Below are positions 1 through 8,929 of a DNA stretch of 64,000 nt, one piece after another. Where the stretch lies: positions 544,001 through 608,000 of the forward strand of contig CBDFJR010000002.1 in NCBI GenBank assembly GCA_965248535.1, in the 5' to 3' direction. The notes beneath the pieces are model-generated. The model worked only from the letters and a program-made list of their open reading frames with translations, had not been told where the DNA came from and did not search any database. The stretch's first letter is position 1; every line of letters starts with the position of its first letter. Both the position numbers and the translations under genes were made by a program. This DNA is from Phormidesmis sp. (lineage in GTDB: Bacteria; Cyanobacteriota; Cyanobacteriia; Leptolyngbyales; Leptolyngbyaceae).

Positions 1-299
1 GCTACCCCAAGCCGAAGAGCGGCGATCGCTGTGGCAATCTCATCTTAGGCGAGAGTCATCAACTTACGCAATCGCAGTTAAATCAGCTTGCAGCCGCCGT
101 TGACCTCAGTGGTGGCAACATTCGCAACGCGGTGCTGGCAGCCGCCGTGGTCGCTCAGAGTCAATCTCGCGCCATCACCTTTGCCGATGTGGTGCAAGGA
201 GTCGCTAGCGAATATCGCAAACTCGGACGACAACTCCCCGCAGAATTCATCGGCGATCTCTCCGAGTTACCCGCAAGGGGTCACGTCAGCATTCTCTAA
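1..299 (+). CDS. 3' end of AAA+ ATPase (eCIS Afp15/Pvc15-like), partial, with apparent 1-nt frameshift near 44
   Basis: Manual translation: frame 2 LPQAEERRSLWQSH, then frame 3 LGESHQLTQSQLNQLAAAVDLSGGNIRNAVLAAA...DVVQGVASEYRKLGR...TAA at 297-299. This is a typical AAA lid/C-terminus, and it sits directly upstream of a DUF4157 gene. Confidence 0.7.
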   Translation, partial: YPKPKSGDRCGNLILGESHQLTQSQLNQLAAAVDLSGGNIRNAVLAAAVVAQSQSRAITFADVVQGVASEYRKLGRQLPAEFIGDLSELPARGHVSIL

Positions 300-313
300 A
301 CCCAGGAACCGCG

Positions 314-2476
314 ATGGAACCCACCCCAACTCAATCGCCCGAATCTGTTCAACAAAGTCAGCAACTAATTCCGGCTGACAATCAATTGGATGGGTTAGAC
401 AACGAGCGCGGAGCAACCGCCGGAATGCCGTTGTATTTGCAGCGATCGGGCAATGCTCCCGTGCAGCGAGAAGATAGTTTGCCCCCAGTTCCCAATTTTC
501 AGCTTACACCGCCCTCTCTGCTTACACCGCTCGATCCAACATCACGCTATAGCCTGGGTTTGAACTATCACCTCGATCCAGATCTGCCATTGACCCTTAA
601 ACAAGATACTCAACAATTATTAGATCTCGCTATTCTCAGACCTCAATTAGAACAGATTGATCTCGGAACGACGCTACCAACCTTTCTCCCCAAGCGTCCC
701 GTCACGCCAGAAAAGTCTGCTGCGGTGCCTTCAGAGCAGCCACCAACGACTCCCCGATCGGCAGATGCGGGCGACCTCCTCAAAGCGGTTGTGGTCAAAC
801 TTGACCCTACTCTAACGACGTTAAAAACCCGTGTCGGCGATCGGGCCGAGTCAGACTGGCGACACCTCAATCGCGGCGAAAAAGTGGGAGTAGTCAGCGC
901 CTTTACCGTCATTGGTGGCGGAGCGCTGGCGGGCATTATCTCCGACCCCGAAGCGCGACGACTTTCCCTCGGTCTACTCGATGGCAAAGTCCTGCCAGTG
1001 CCCAAACTAGACTGGCTCAATCTGGAGATCAACACCAAAGGCAACAATTTGATGCTGGGGCTGCACCTCGATGTCGGGCAACTGTTGCCATCGGTTTTAG
1101 GGTTCCGCGCCTCGTCACCCAAAGCGATCGGGGTGCCGCAGTCAGCACCCGTTCCCAGTCAGCGCACGATTCAGCGCAGTGCCCAGTCTACAACCGAGAG
1201 CACTGATGGCTCGATCGGGCAGCGCATTCAATCCGCATCGGGGAGCGGAGATTCTTTAGACTCAGGCATTCAGCAGCATTTAGAACAAAACTTAGGAGCC
1301 GATCTGTCAAAGGTGCAGATTCACAACAACCGAGAAGCCGATCAGTTGTCACGATCGGTGAATGCGATCGCGTTTACCACCGGGCAAGATATTTTCTTTA
1401 GTGCGGGCAGTTATGACCCCCGATCGTCCCAGGGTCAGCAGTTGATTGCCCATGAAGTCGTGCATACCGTGCAGCAAGCCAGCGGAGCCGTCGCAGGTGT
1501 TCCGACCGCAGAGGGTGTTGCGATTAGTGACCCGGCTGACGCATTTGAGCAAGAAGCCGATCGCGTGGCTCAACAGGTGATGACATCACCGCAACCCTCA
1601 AATCCGGTGAGGCAGTCCAGTTCATCTCATCTGTTTAGAAAACCACTGGCGCTCTTTCAGCCTGACGGCACCGAAAAAGATTGGTTTGCCGACGATATGA
1701 ATCGTTGGGGAACAGACATCGGAAGACTGGCGACGACGACCAACACCTTTGTGAAAGCTGCCATTTTCAACACCAAGAATAACAACCCTGAAGAGTATGT
1801 GACGATCGCCCAACGCAGTGCCTACTATGATGTCATCGATGCGTTAGCCGCCGAGGGAATTTTGCCCAAGAAGGTGAGATTTTTTGGAGCGGCGGCCAAA
1901 GTCACCAATCGCAATAGTGTCGGCAGCATTGAGGGGGCGATCGGCTGGAGTCTTCATTCTAAAGAGGCGCTGCAAGTGCTTAAAGATGTCAACAAACTCC
2001 TGTTTGATTCCAACATCAAAATAATCAATCGTCTGATCAGTCAAGGTAAGCCGACCGATCCCAAAGATCCTACTTCAACCGCCGCGCTGTCACCCATGCA
2101 GTTTGACCTCAACATGGTGGATGTCGAACAGGGCATTGTCGAAACCTACCTCAAGGGCAAAACAGCGTCGCTGTCTGACGAAGCAATTAAAGATATTAAT
2201 GATGATCTCAACTTCAAAGGGTTGATTAGAACGTTGGGACAATACACCGTTGCCAGCACTCAGGCCCTAGACTGGGCAAAAGCCGCTCTCGGCAAAGACA
2301 CGCTGGATTTTATGCAAAAGGGCGATCGGGTCGCGATCGGCAAAGCTCTCGTCTTCTTTTTGCACGCCAACACCCTCGACGAATATAAGTCATTCGTCAA
2401 AAGCGGGACTACGCCAGTTGATCATTTAAAGGAAGATTATCGCAATGCCTTCTCAATGGGAATTGACCCCAAATAA
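314..2476 (+). CDS. DUF4157 (eCIS core domain) protein with uncharacterised N- and C-terminal domains
   Basis: Central motif LEQNLGADLSKVQIH...AIAFTTGQDIFF...LIAHEVVHTVQQ...EQEAD matches DUF4157 (HExxH). Confidence 0.88.
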   Translation: MEPTPTQSPESVQQSQQLIPADNQLDGLDNERGATAGMPLYLQRSGNAPVQREDSLPPVPNFQLTPPSLLTPLDPTSRYSLGLNYHLDPDLPLTLKQDTQQLLDLAILRPQLEQIDLGTTLPTFLPKRPVTPEKSAAVPSEQPPTTPRSADAGDLLKAVVVKLDPTLTTLKTRVGDRAESDWRHLNRGEKVGVVSAFTVIGGGALAGIISDPEARRLSLGLLDGKVLPVPKLDWLNLEINTKGNNLMLGLHLDVGQLLPSVLGFRASSPKAIGVPQSAPVPSQRTIQRSAQSTTESTDGSIGQRIQSASGSGDSLDSGIQQHLEQNLGADLSKVQIHNNREADQLSRSVNAIAFTTGQDIFFSAGSYDPRSSQGQQLIAHEVVHTVQQASGAVAGVPTAEGVAISDPADAFEQEADRVAQQVMTSPQPSNPVRQSSSSHLFRKPLALFQPDGTEKDWFADDMNRWGTDIGRLATTTNTFVKAAIFNTKNNNPEEYVTIAQRSAYYDVIDALAAEGILPKKVRFFGAAAKVTNRNSVGSIEGAIGWSLHSKEALQVLKDVNKLLFDSNIKIINRLISQGKPTDPKDPTSTAALSPMQFDLNMVDVEQGIVETYLKGKTASLSDEAIKDINDDLNFKGLIRTLGQYTVASTQALDWAKAALGKDTLDFMQKGDRVAIGKALVFFLHANTLDEYKSFVKSGTTPVDHLKEDYRNAFSMGIDPK

Positions 2477-2491
2477 CCGATTAGAACTACT

Positions 2492-2632
2492 CAGTACGGG
2501 CATGGCATCGCCGCGCCCCTTGACCCTGCATAGTACGGGCATGGCATTGCCGCGCCCATTGACCCAGTACGGGCATGGCATCGCCGCGCCCATTGACCCA
2601 GTACGGGCATGGCATTGCCGTGCCCATTGACC
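2492..2632 (+). repeat. Four tandem REP-like palindromic units GTAC-GGGCATGGC-AT(C/T)-GCCG(C/T)GCCC
   Basis: GTAC starts at 2494, 2533, 2567 and 2601 (spacing 39/34/34); each unit forms a GC-rich hairpin. Confidence 0.85.
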
Positions 2633-2678
2633 TTGCAACTAACCAACATTATTAATAGACAATTCCTAGGAGCGCCCC

Positions 2679-3953
2679 ATGGTAGCCACATTTGAACCTA
2701 AAAAAGACGAGCAACTCACCGCCAAACCCGCGACACTGCCATCTACGATCGCGCCCACCCCATCAAGCGGCACTACGGGAATGCCTCTATTTCTGCAAGC
2801 CGCAAAACCTGTGCAACGCCAGAGTGCACCCGATCTCAAAGATGGGCCTGCCGACGAAGCCGCCAGAGTTCGTAAATTAAATGAAGATTACGCGATCGCT
2901 CTAGCCGCCAAAAACTGGTCACTCACCGCAGAACTGTTGAATGCGTTTAACGAGAGCGATATTCAGATCAAGCTCAGTTCATTGCTAAAAGGAACGATCG
3001 GGGCGATTTATCAAGGCGCGGTCAACAATCCCAAAGTTGGCAGCGAGTCGCAGGTTGCCAATCTGACTCGCGCCGTCTATCTCGATCTCAACTATGAAAA
3101 TGCCATCAAAACCGGAGCTTGGGGCGATGCAGCCACCCACCTAAACGGCTTTAACGATGTCGATATTACCCTGCGCGTTCAAAAACTGACGGCGATGCCC
3201 TTAGCCAATCTCTACGCGGCTGCCAAAACCAACGACAGAATCACACGACCCATCATCGCCAAAGGCTTTAGCCTAGTCGGAGATGACTTTAGAACGTTTC
3301 TTAAACAAGCGACGGCCTTGGGCATCTTTGCCGATATTTCTGGCAAGCTAACCGATCTTCAAACCAAGAGCATCACTAAAGAAGTGGTCATTCCCACCAC
3401 GTTGCTCAAACCTGCCACCAACACGATCGCCGATGATTTCAAACGCGCTAACGAACTCTATAACCCCGTTGGCATTGAGATTGAGCAGGGCAACCCCGTC
3501 GAAATCAGCGAAGAAACGACCAAACTGCTGCTAGGGGCTGATAAATCGCTGGATGAGTTCACAACCAACGATGCCACGGCCGAAGAGATTAAACTCGTCG
3601 AGCAAAATCGTCAAAAAGGGCGCATGACAGGCTATTGGGTGCCAGCGCTTACCACGTCGCGAGGCGAAACCCTTGGCAAGGGCTTATTAGGCAACTCAAA
3701 CTTTATGAAAAACCTGAAGGACGATCGCATCTCCGTCGTCATTAACACCTCTAGTCGTGTTCAAGACAGCTTTGCCCACGAAGTCGGCCACGCGCTAGGG
3801 TTAGACCATGCGGCAGATGTCAACAATCTGATGGCGAAGGGCGAAAATCGCAACATTACGGGCGCTGGCATTGACCAATTGACCAATGCTCAACTAGCGA
3901 TTATTCGCGCTAATGCTCTGATTGAGCTAGGCAAAGCCGGGCTAGGAAAGTGA
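2679..3953 (+). CDS. Metzincin (matrixin-like) zinc metallopeptidase domain protein, putative eCIS cargo
   Basis: C-terminal AHEVGHALGLDH (HExxHxxGxxH) followed by Met-turn NNLM. Confidence 0.8.
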   Translation: MVATFEPKKDEQLTAKPATLPSTIAPTPSSGTTGMPLFLQAAKPVQRQSAPDLKDGPADEAARVRKLNEDYAIALAAKNWSLTAELLNAFNESDIQIKLSSLLKGTIGAIYQGAVNNPKVGSESQVANLTRAVYLDLNYENAIKTGAWGDAATHLNGFNDVDITLRVQKLTAMPLANLYAAAKTNDRITRPIIAKGFSLVGDDFRTFLKQATALGIFADISGKLTDLQTKSITKEVVIPTTLLKPATNTIADDFKRANELYNPVGIEIEQGNPVEISEETTKLLLGADKSLDEFTTNDATAEEIKLVEQNRQKGRMTGYWVPALTTSRGETLGKGLLGNSNFMKNLKDDRISVVINTSSRVQDSFAHEVGHALGLDHAADVNNLMAKGENRNITGAGIDQLTNAQLAIIRANALIELGKAGLGK

Positions 3954-3973
3954 GCTTGAGTTCATCTAAACTA

Positions 3974-4234
3974 CTATTCCAAAAAGGTCTGATCGATGTA
4001 GCACCATTTCCAGTCTTCACCTGGCTCGATCGACTGCACGATCGGGTGATGAGTGGCATGAAAGTGTTGGGTAGCGTGTTTGTTTTTAGACGAATCACAG
4101 CAACCGACGTGCCCGCAAGTCAAACACTCGCGCAGATGAACCCAGGTATCCCCCATTGCCAGACAGTCTTCGCATCCCGTTGCGCTGGCTGTCACGGCTT
4201 TAATCTGGTCGAGATGGCTGCAAGGAGTGCTCAT
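3974..4234 (-). CDS. UBP-type zinc finger protein
   Basis: GCEDCL...WVHLRECLTCGHVGCCDSSKNKHATQHF...WKWCY pattern. Confidence 0.9.
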   Translation of the reverse strand: MSTPCSHLDQIKAVTASATGCEDCLAMGDTWVHLRECLTCGHVGCCDSSKNKHATQHFHATHHPIVQSIEPGEDWKWCYIDQTFLE

Positions 4235-4354
4235 AAATTTTGAAGGTTAGTGAATAGGCGGCACGAGCCACTGAAACAAAAAAGAGCGGATTGAAATCAC
4301 GCTCTCAGCTTGTCGCTTGAATACTGATCGCCTGAATAGCTATCTCAACGATCG

Positions 4355-4771
4355 TCAAAGACTGATCGAGCCAGGCAATAAAACGGTGTCGATAACATGA
4401 ATGATGCCATTCTCAGCCTCGATATCGGGCATTGTGACCGTTGCATCATTAATTTTGACGGTGCCATTAGAGGCGCTGATTTTGACATCTTCTCCTTCAG
4501 TCGTCGTCGCCTGACTGAGCTTGACGACATCCGCTGCCATCACTTTTCCAGAAACGACGTGATATTCCAATATCTTCCTCAGCGTTGATAGATCTTCTAG
4601 CAACGACTCAACCGTTCCTGATGGCAGTTTAGAAAACGCATCATCAGAGGGGGCAAAAACCGTAAACGGGCCAGGACTCTTTAGGGCAGTGTCAAGTCCG
4701 GCCGCTGTGATGGCCGCTACTAGCGTGGTAAAGGTTCCCGCACTCATGGCAGTGTCAACAATATCTGGCAT
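4355..4771 (-). CDS. Fasciclin (FAS1) domain protein
   Basis: [13 protein letters not shown]...ILEYHVV...[11 protein letters not shown]. Confidence 0.93.
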   Translation of the reverse strand: MPDIVDTAMSAGTFTTLVAAITAAGLDTALKSPGPFTVFAPSDDAFSKLPSGTVESLLEDLSTLRKILEYHVVSGKVMAADVVKLSQATTTEGEDVKISASNGTVKINDATVTMPDIEAENGIIHVIDTVLLPGSISL

Positions 4772-4970
4772 AGGTTCCTAGCAATCCTAGTAATAAGAAT
4801 GGGTTTGAGTTTACGAGTGTCGTGAACTTTGCCCAGTCTATGCCTAAAGATAAATTCTATAATCTGTCGATCGAGCGAAACTAGCCACCCGATCGCTCTA
4901 TCCTTTGGGAGAGAACTCTGCTTAGGATTCGCTATTTTGAACTGCCCCCCTGCTTGGGCAGAGACGACGT

Positions 4971-5002
4971 AAGTTCCCACAGATTCAAGTTCCTACAGAT
5001 TA
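4971..5002. repeat. Tandem 16-bp direct repeat AAGTTCC(C/T)ACAGATT(C/A)
   Basis: Copies at 4971-4986 and 4987-5002 in the divergent intergenic region. Confidence 0.7.
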
Positions 5003-5063
5003 ACGTTGAATCGCCTGTGATGGTGCTAGCTGATTGAATGAACTCATGAACATCCTTGACTCT

Positions 5064-5106
5064 CTGGTTAACTCATACCTGGTTAACTCATGACTGGTTG
5101 GGTCAT
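5064..5106. promoter_or_regulatory. Three direct repeats CTGGTTAACTCAT at 15-bp period, possible operator
   Basis: Exact copies at 5064 and 5079, degenerate CTGGTTGGGTCAT at 5094; upstream of the 5222 gene. Confidence 0.5.
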
Positions 5107-5221
5107 TTTCATCAGGTTATTTGAGACAGAGAGTACTCTGTTCAAGAATTTAATCTTTCAAGTTTGATTGTTCACCCTACAATCGGAATAGAGTAAGTAT
5201 GTAGCGAGGCAAAGAGAAGCA

Positions 5222-6223
5222 ATGTCATATTCCATATTGAGTGATGAAATCAGACAACAGTTAGAACAAGAGCGATCGCGGTTGAGCAGCGATCGCGAGA
5301 CCATTATTCAAACCGCAGTTCAGCAAGCAACCGCTGCCATTGACCTCGCCCTGCAAAATTTGAACTCGCTGTTAGGAGACGAGTCAATGAGCAATGGTCA
5401 CGGCACCCATCTTCCCCAGATAGAAGCCGTGGTGCGCTCAAAAGCATCCACCCCACAATCCGTCACCCAATCTAAAGGCAAACGAGGACAATCGAAAGCA
5501 AAGCTTTTTGATGGAAAAGTGCTCAAGTCTGAGTTTGAAGGACTTGCCCCGATCGATGCAATGGTGCAGGTTATTCAACAATCTCCTGAACAATCCTTTG
5601 ACGCAGAAGCCGTGATTCGTGCCGTCTACGACGAGTTTGACGAAGCAGAGTTACTCAAAGCAAAAAGAAGCGTAAAGATCACCTTGGTGCTAGGGGTCAA
5701 AAAAGGGTTGTTAGAGAAGGTTCAAGATCATCCTCCTATGTTCAAAGCCTTAACTGGAGAGGATCACGAGAGCCAGCAAGCTGATCACACAGAGAGCGTC
5801 TCTGACGATGAACCCGATGCAGACACCCTCCCTGCCACCAAGAAACCCAGAAAATCATCTAAGGTCAAACCGAAACCCAGAGCTAGATCGAAGGGAACAG
5901 CGAAACAGTCAGAGCCTCAATCGTTTGATGCCAAAAACCCCAAGCGAGCCTTCAGGGGCATGGAGCCGCTTCAGGCAATGGTCAACGTGACTGCAACTGA
6001 CCCTGAGCGATCGTTCTCAACCAACGACATCATTCGTGAGGTCTATGGCGACTTTGAGGGAGCAGAAATGGCAAGAGCCATTAAGAGTGTCGCAGGCACT
6101 CTGACGCGGGGAATGCGGCAAGGATTTTTAGAGAAGACCCACAACAATCCAGCCCAGTTTAAGTTCAAAGCATCGGGCGAAGAGTCGCGCTCCACGCAAG
6201 AGCAAGAGTCTATCCCTGCCTAG
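5222..6223 (+). CDS. Hypothetical protein: N-terminal coiled coil, Lys-rich linkers, two repeated wHTH-like domains
   Basis: Internal repeat FDGKVLKSEFEGL..IDAM...SFDAEAVIRAVY...GVKKGLLEK vs FDAKNPKRAFRGM..LQAM...SFSTNDIIREVY...GMRQGFLEK. Confidence 0.7.
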   Translation: MSYSILSDEIRQQLEQERSRLSSDRETIIQTAVQQATAAIDLALQNLNSLLGDESMSNGHGTHLPQIEAVVRSKASTPQSVTQSKGKRGQSKAKLFDGKVLKSEFEGLAPIDAMVQVIQQSPEQSFDAEAVIRAVYDEFDEAELLKAKRSVKITLVLGVKKGLLEKVQDHPPMFKALTGEDHESQQADHTESVSDDEPDADTLPATKKPRKSSKVKPKPRARSKGTAKQSEPQSFDAKNPKRAFRGMEPLQAMVNVTATDPERSFSTNDIIREVYGDFEGAEMARAIKSVAGTLTRGMRQGFLEKTHNNPAQFKFKASGEESRSTQEQESIPA

Positions 6224-6283
6224 GTTCCCCCAGATGTGGGCGTGGTCTATGCCATGCCCACCAATCGTTTTTGTCATTATTTC

Positions 6284-7189
6284 ATGATTGACCATGACCG
6301 CCTCTTTAAGGAACTCCTGACCACATTTTTTGTTGAGTTCCTAGACCTCTTTCTGCCCAACATTGCCAGTACGCTTGATCGAAACTCGATTCGATTTTTG
6401 CCGCAGGAGTATTTTGGGGATCTAACGGCTGGTGAAGATAAGATTATCGACTTGCTGGTTGAAGTCAAACAGTCTGGTGAAGAGGTTGGGTTCCTCGTTC
6501 ATGTTGAGGCGCAGTCTTACACGCAGTCTGACTTTTCCCGGCGAATGTTCTTCTATTTCGCCCGTCTCTACCAAAAATATGTGCAGAAGATCTATCCAAT
6601 CGTGGTCTTCTCGTTTGATCAACCTCTAAGAGCCGAACCGCAAACTCACTCTGTTGAGTTTTCAGGTCTGAAGGTTCTAGAGTTCAATTTTGCAGCAGTC
6701 CAACTCAACCAGCTACACTGGCGTGATTTCCTCGATCAACATAACCCCATTGCAGCAGCACTCATGGCAAAGATGCAAATTGCAGCAGTCGATCGCCCAA
6801 CTGTGAAAGCGCAGTGTCTGCGAATGCTGGCAACCTTGCGCTTAGATGCTGCTAGATCGCGGTTGATTTCAGGCTTTGTAGATACCTATCTTCGACTCAA
6901 TGAGTCCGAGGAGCAATTGTTTACTGAAGAGATTGGTAAATTAGAAGCAGTAGAGCAGGCACGTGTGATGGAAATTACAACAAGTTGGCTAGAACAGGGA
7001 ATTGAGCAAGGAATTGAGCAGGGAGAACGATCGCTGGTGTTAAAACTGTTGACTCGACGGGTTGGCGCGGTGCCAGAGTCTTTGAGAACTCAAATTGAAG
7101 CCTTACCGATCGCGGAAATCGAATCCCTCGGCGAGGCTTTGCTCGATTTCTCTGGCGTAGCCGATCTAGAACGATGGCTGACCCTATAA
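6284..7189 (+). CDS. Rpn family recombination-promoting nuclease / DUF4351 protein
   Basis: MIDHDRLFKELLTTFF...DLLVEV...LVHVEAQS...RRMFFY, EQG repeats and DUF4351 tail LGEALLDF; ATG 6284 preferred as start. Confidence 0.88.
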   Translation: MIDHDRLFKELLTTFFVEFLDLFLPNIASTLDRNSIRFLPQEYFGDLTAGEDKIIDLLVEVKQSGEEVGFLVHVEAQSYTQSDFSRRMFFYFARLYQKYVQKIYPIVVFSFDQPLRAEPQTHSVEFSGLKVLEFNFAAVQLNQLHWRDFLDQHNPIAAALMAKMQIAAVDRPTVKAQCLRMLATLRLDAARSRLISGFVDTYLRLNESEEQLFTEEIGKLEAVEQARVMEITTSWLEQGIEQGIEQGERSLVLKLLTRRVGAVPESLRTQIEALPIAEIESLGEALLDFSGVADLERWLTL

Positions 7190-7280
7190 GCGTCCGATTT
7201 TTCCGCATTATCTAAGAAGAAGCATTAATGCTCTATCCCAGAAATTGATGCTTCTATCAACGGTCAAGCAATCTCCCGGC

Positions 7281-8429
7281 TTAATTACGAACTTGGACTG
7301 GCATCACCAAATAGGTCATCTTAATGCTGCCTAAAGGAGACAGAATTGCCGGACTGGTAGACGTGTTTAGCTGCATTTGCACTTCGGAGGTGGCGATCGC
7401 TTTCAGTCCATCCACCAAATATTTGACATTAAAGGCCACATCCAAACTGTCCCCTGAAATCTGGGCGGGCATCGTCTCGCGACCGCTGCCCACATCTTGA
7501 GCATCCACTGAGAGCGTTAGTTCTTGATTGGAGTCATTTAGACTCAGTTTGACAATATTGTTCTTTTGATCAGCCAACACTGAGATCCGCTCTAAAGCCC
7601 CCAAGAAAAGGCGACGATCGATCGTCATCTGGTGCGAAAACTGTTTGGGAATCAGTTGGCGATAGTTGGGATATTGCCCCTCTAGCAAGCGGCTGGTCAG
7701 GCGTTGATCTGTCCATTCAAAGATGGCTTGCCCTTGGTCAAACTGCACCGCGACCGAGCTTCCGCCTTGCCCCAGCATTTTGATCAACTCCTGCAAAGCC
7801 TTAGCCGGAATGGTAACATTCAGGGCCGTCTCGCTTTTAGAGCGATCGGGAGAAGCCTCTTCTTCGATCGTCTGCACCACCGACAAACGGTGCCCGTCAG
7901 TGGCCGCAAACTCCAGTCCATCCGGTTGCAAGCTTAAGTGAACGCCCGTTAGCACCTGCTTAGTCTCATCGGCACTCGCGGCAAATAGCGACCCCCGCAA
8001 GCCGTCGATCAACGCCTCGGCAGATAAGGTCGCCAGTTCACCCGCTTCGATCACAGGCAACTCTGGAAACTCCTCAGCCCCCATCCCGCGCATTTGATAG
8101 CGCCCTGAAGCGCAGGTTAGCGTCGTCAGCAACCCTGCCTCTGCTTCGGTGCCGCTGTCGAGGGTGATGTCTCCATCGGGCAGACGCGAGACAATATCGC
8201 CCAGCAGTTTAGCCGGAAGAGTCAGAGATCCGCTCTCTTGCACCTGAGCCGGGAAACTTGTCTGAATGCCAAGGCTCAGGTCGAAGGCACTGAGGCTGAG
8301 GCGCTGAGTCTGAGCATCGGCATTGAGCAGCACGTTAGCCAAAACTGGATGGGTGGGGCGTGACGAAACCGCACGACTGACCAGCGAAAGATGAGAATTG
8401 AGGTGATTTTGGGCGCAAACCAGTTTCAT
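7281..8429 (-). CDS. dnaN: DNA polymerase III beta sliding clamp
   Basis: ATDGHRL, SRLLEGQYPNY, FNVKYL, YLVMPVQVR; downstream of dnaA. Confidence 0.98.
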   Translation of the reverse strand: MKLVCAQNHLNSHLSLVSRAVSSRPTHPVLANVLLNADAQTQRLSLSAFDLSLGIQTSFPAQVQESGSLTLPAKLLGDIVSRLPDGDITLDSGTEAEAGLLTTLTCASGRYQMRGMGAEEFPELPVIEAGELATLSAEALIDGLRGSLFAASADETKQVLTGVHLSLQPDGLEFAATDGHRLSVVQTIEEEASPDRSKSETALNVTIPAKALQELIKMLGQGGSSVAVQFDQGQAIFEWTDQRLTSRLLEGQYPNYRQLIPKQFSHQMTIDRRLFLGALERISVLADQKNNIVKLSLNDSNQELTLSVDAQDVGSGRETMPAQISGDSLDVAFNVKYLVDGLKAIATSEVQMQLNTSTSPAILSPLGSIKMTYLVMPVQVRN

Positions 8430-8489
8430 GGCAATTGAGGGCTAAGAGAGGTGAAGGAAATCTTTAACAGGTCGTAAACGATCGTGGGC

Positions 8490-8840
8490 TGAATTTGTGG
8501 AATTGCTGTGCAGGAATCTTGTTTGAGCATCCTAGCACCCCTGTTTACAACGTGCCACCAACCCTTAAAACCAGCCCTTGTAGGGGATTTGATGGCTAAA
8601 CTAACTCGATTAATCTGCCCACAGAGAAACTGTGGAAACTGTGGAAAAAGCACCAAAACCATTTTCAGGAGAGAGGTTGAAGTGGCGATCGGCTGTGGAA
8701 AACTTGTGGAAAAGATCGGCTTAACCTGCGATCGCCGCCCAATCTCCTGAGCGGGTGCTGACGTTTTCCACTATGGAAAGAAGTTTTTGACAGGTTTCCC
8801 ACAAAGTTTTCCACAGAAAAGAGAGATTTTTCCACAAGTG
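8490..8840. other. oriC: Chromosomal replication origin oriC (DnaA-box cluster)
   Basis: TGTGGAAAA at 8640, 8694, 8705; TTTTCCACA at 8807, 8828; near matches at 8496, 8631, 8764, 8795; located between dnaA and dnaN. TTTTCCACA is the cyanobacterial DnaA box. Confidence 0.9.
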
Positions 8841-8929
8841 AATCGAGATTCATTCTCTTAGATGAGGAAAATGAATCGAAGTGGGCGCGATCGATGGGAT
8901 TTGTTAAAGACCCCCTGTACTATCGGCCG

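Noticed and set aside
88..378. 96-aa ORF from the track
   Set aside because: Off-frame shadow of the AAA ATPase tail ending at 299.
2492..2632. CRISPR array
   Set aside because: Units are head-to-tail with no unique spacers, and there are no cas genes in the window.
2445..2691. Short ORFs 2445-2630, 2453-2638, 2491-2691
   Set aside because: Translations of the palindromic repeat array.
3950..4243. 97-aa plus-strand ORF
   Set aside because: Antisense to the clear UBP zinc-finger gene.
8426..8853. Small ORFs in the dnaA-dnaN spacer
   Set aside because: They overlap the DnaA-box cluster and have no recognisable protein features.
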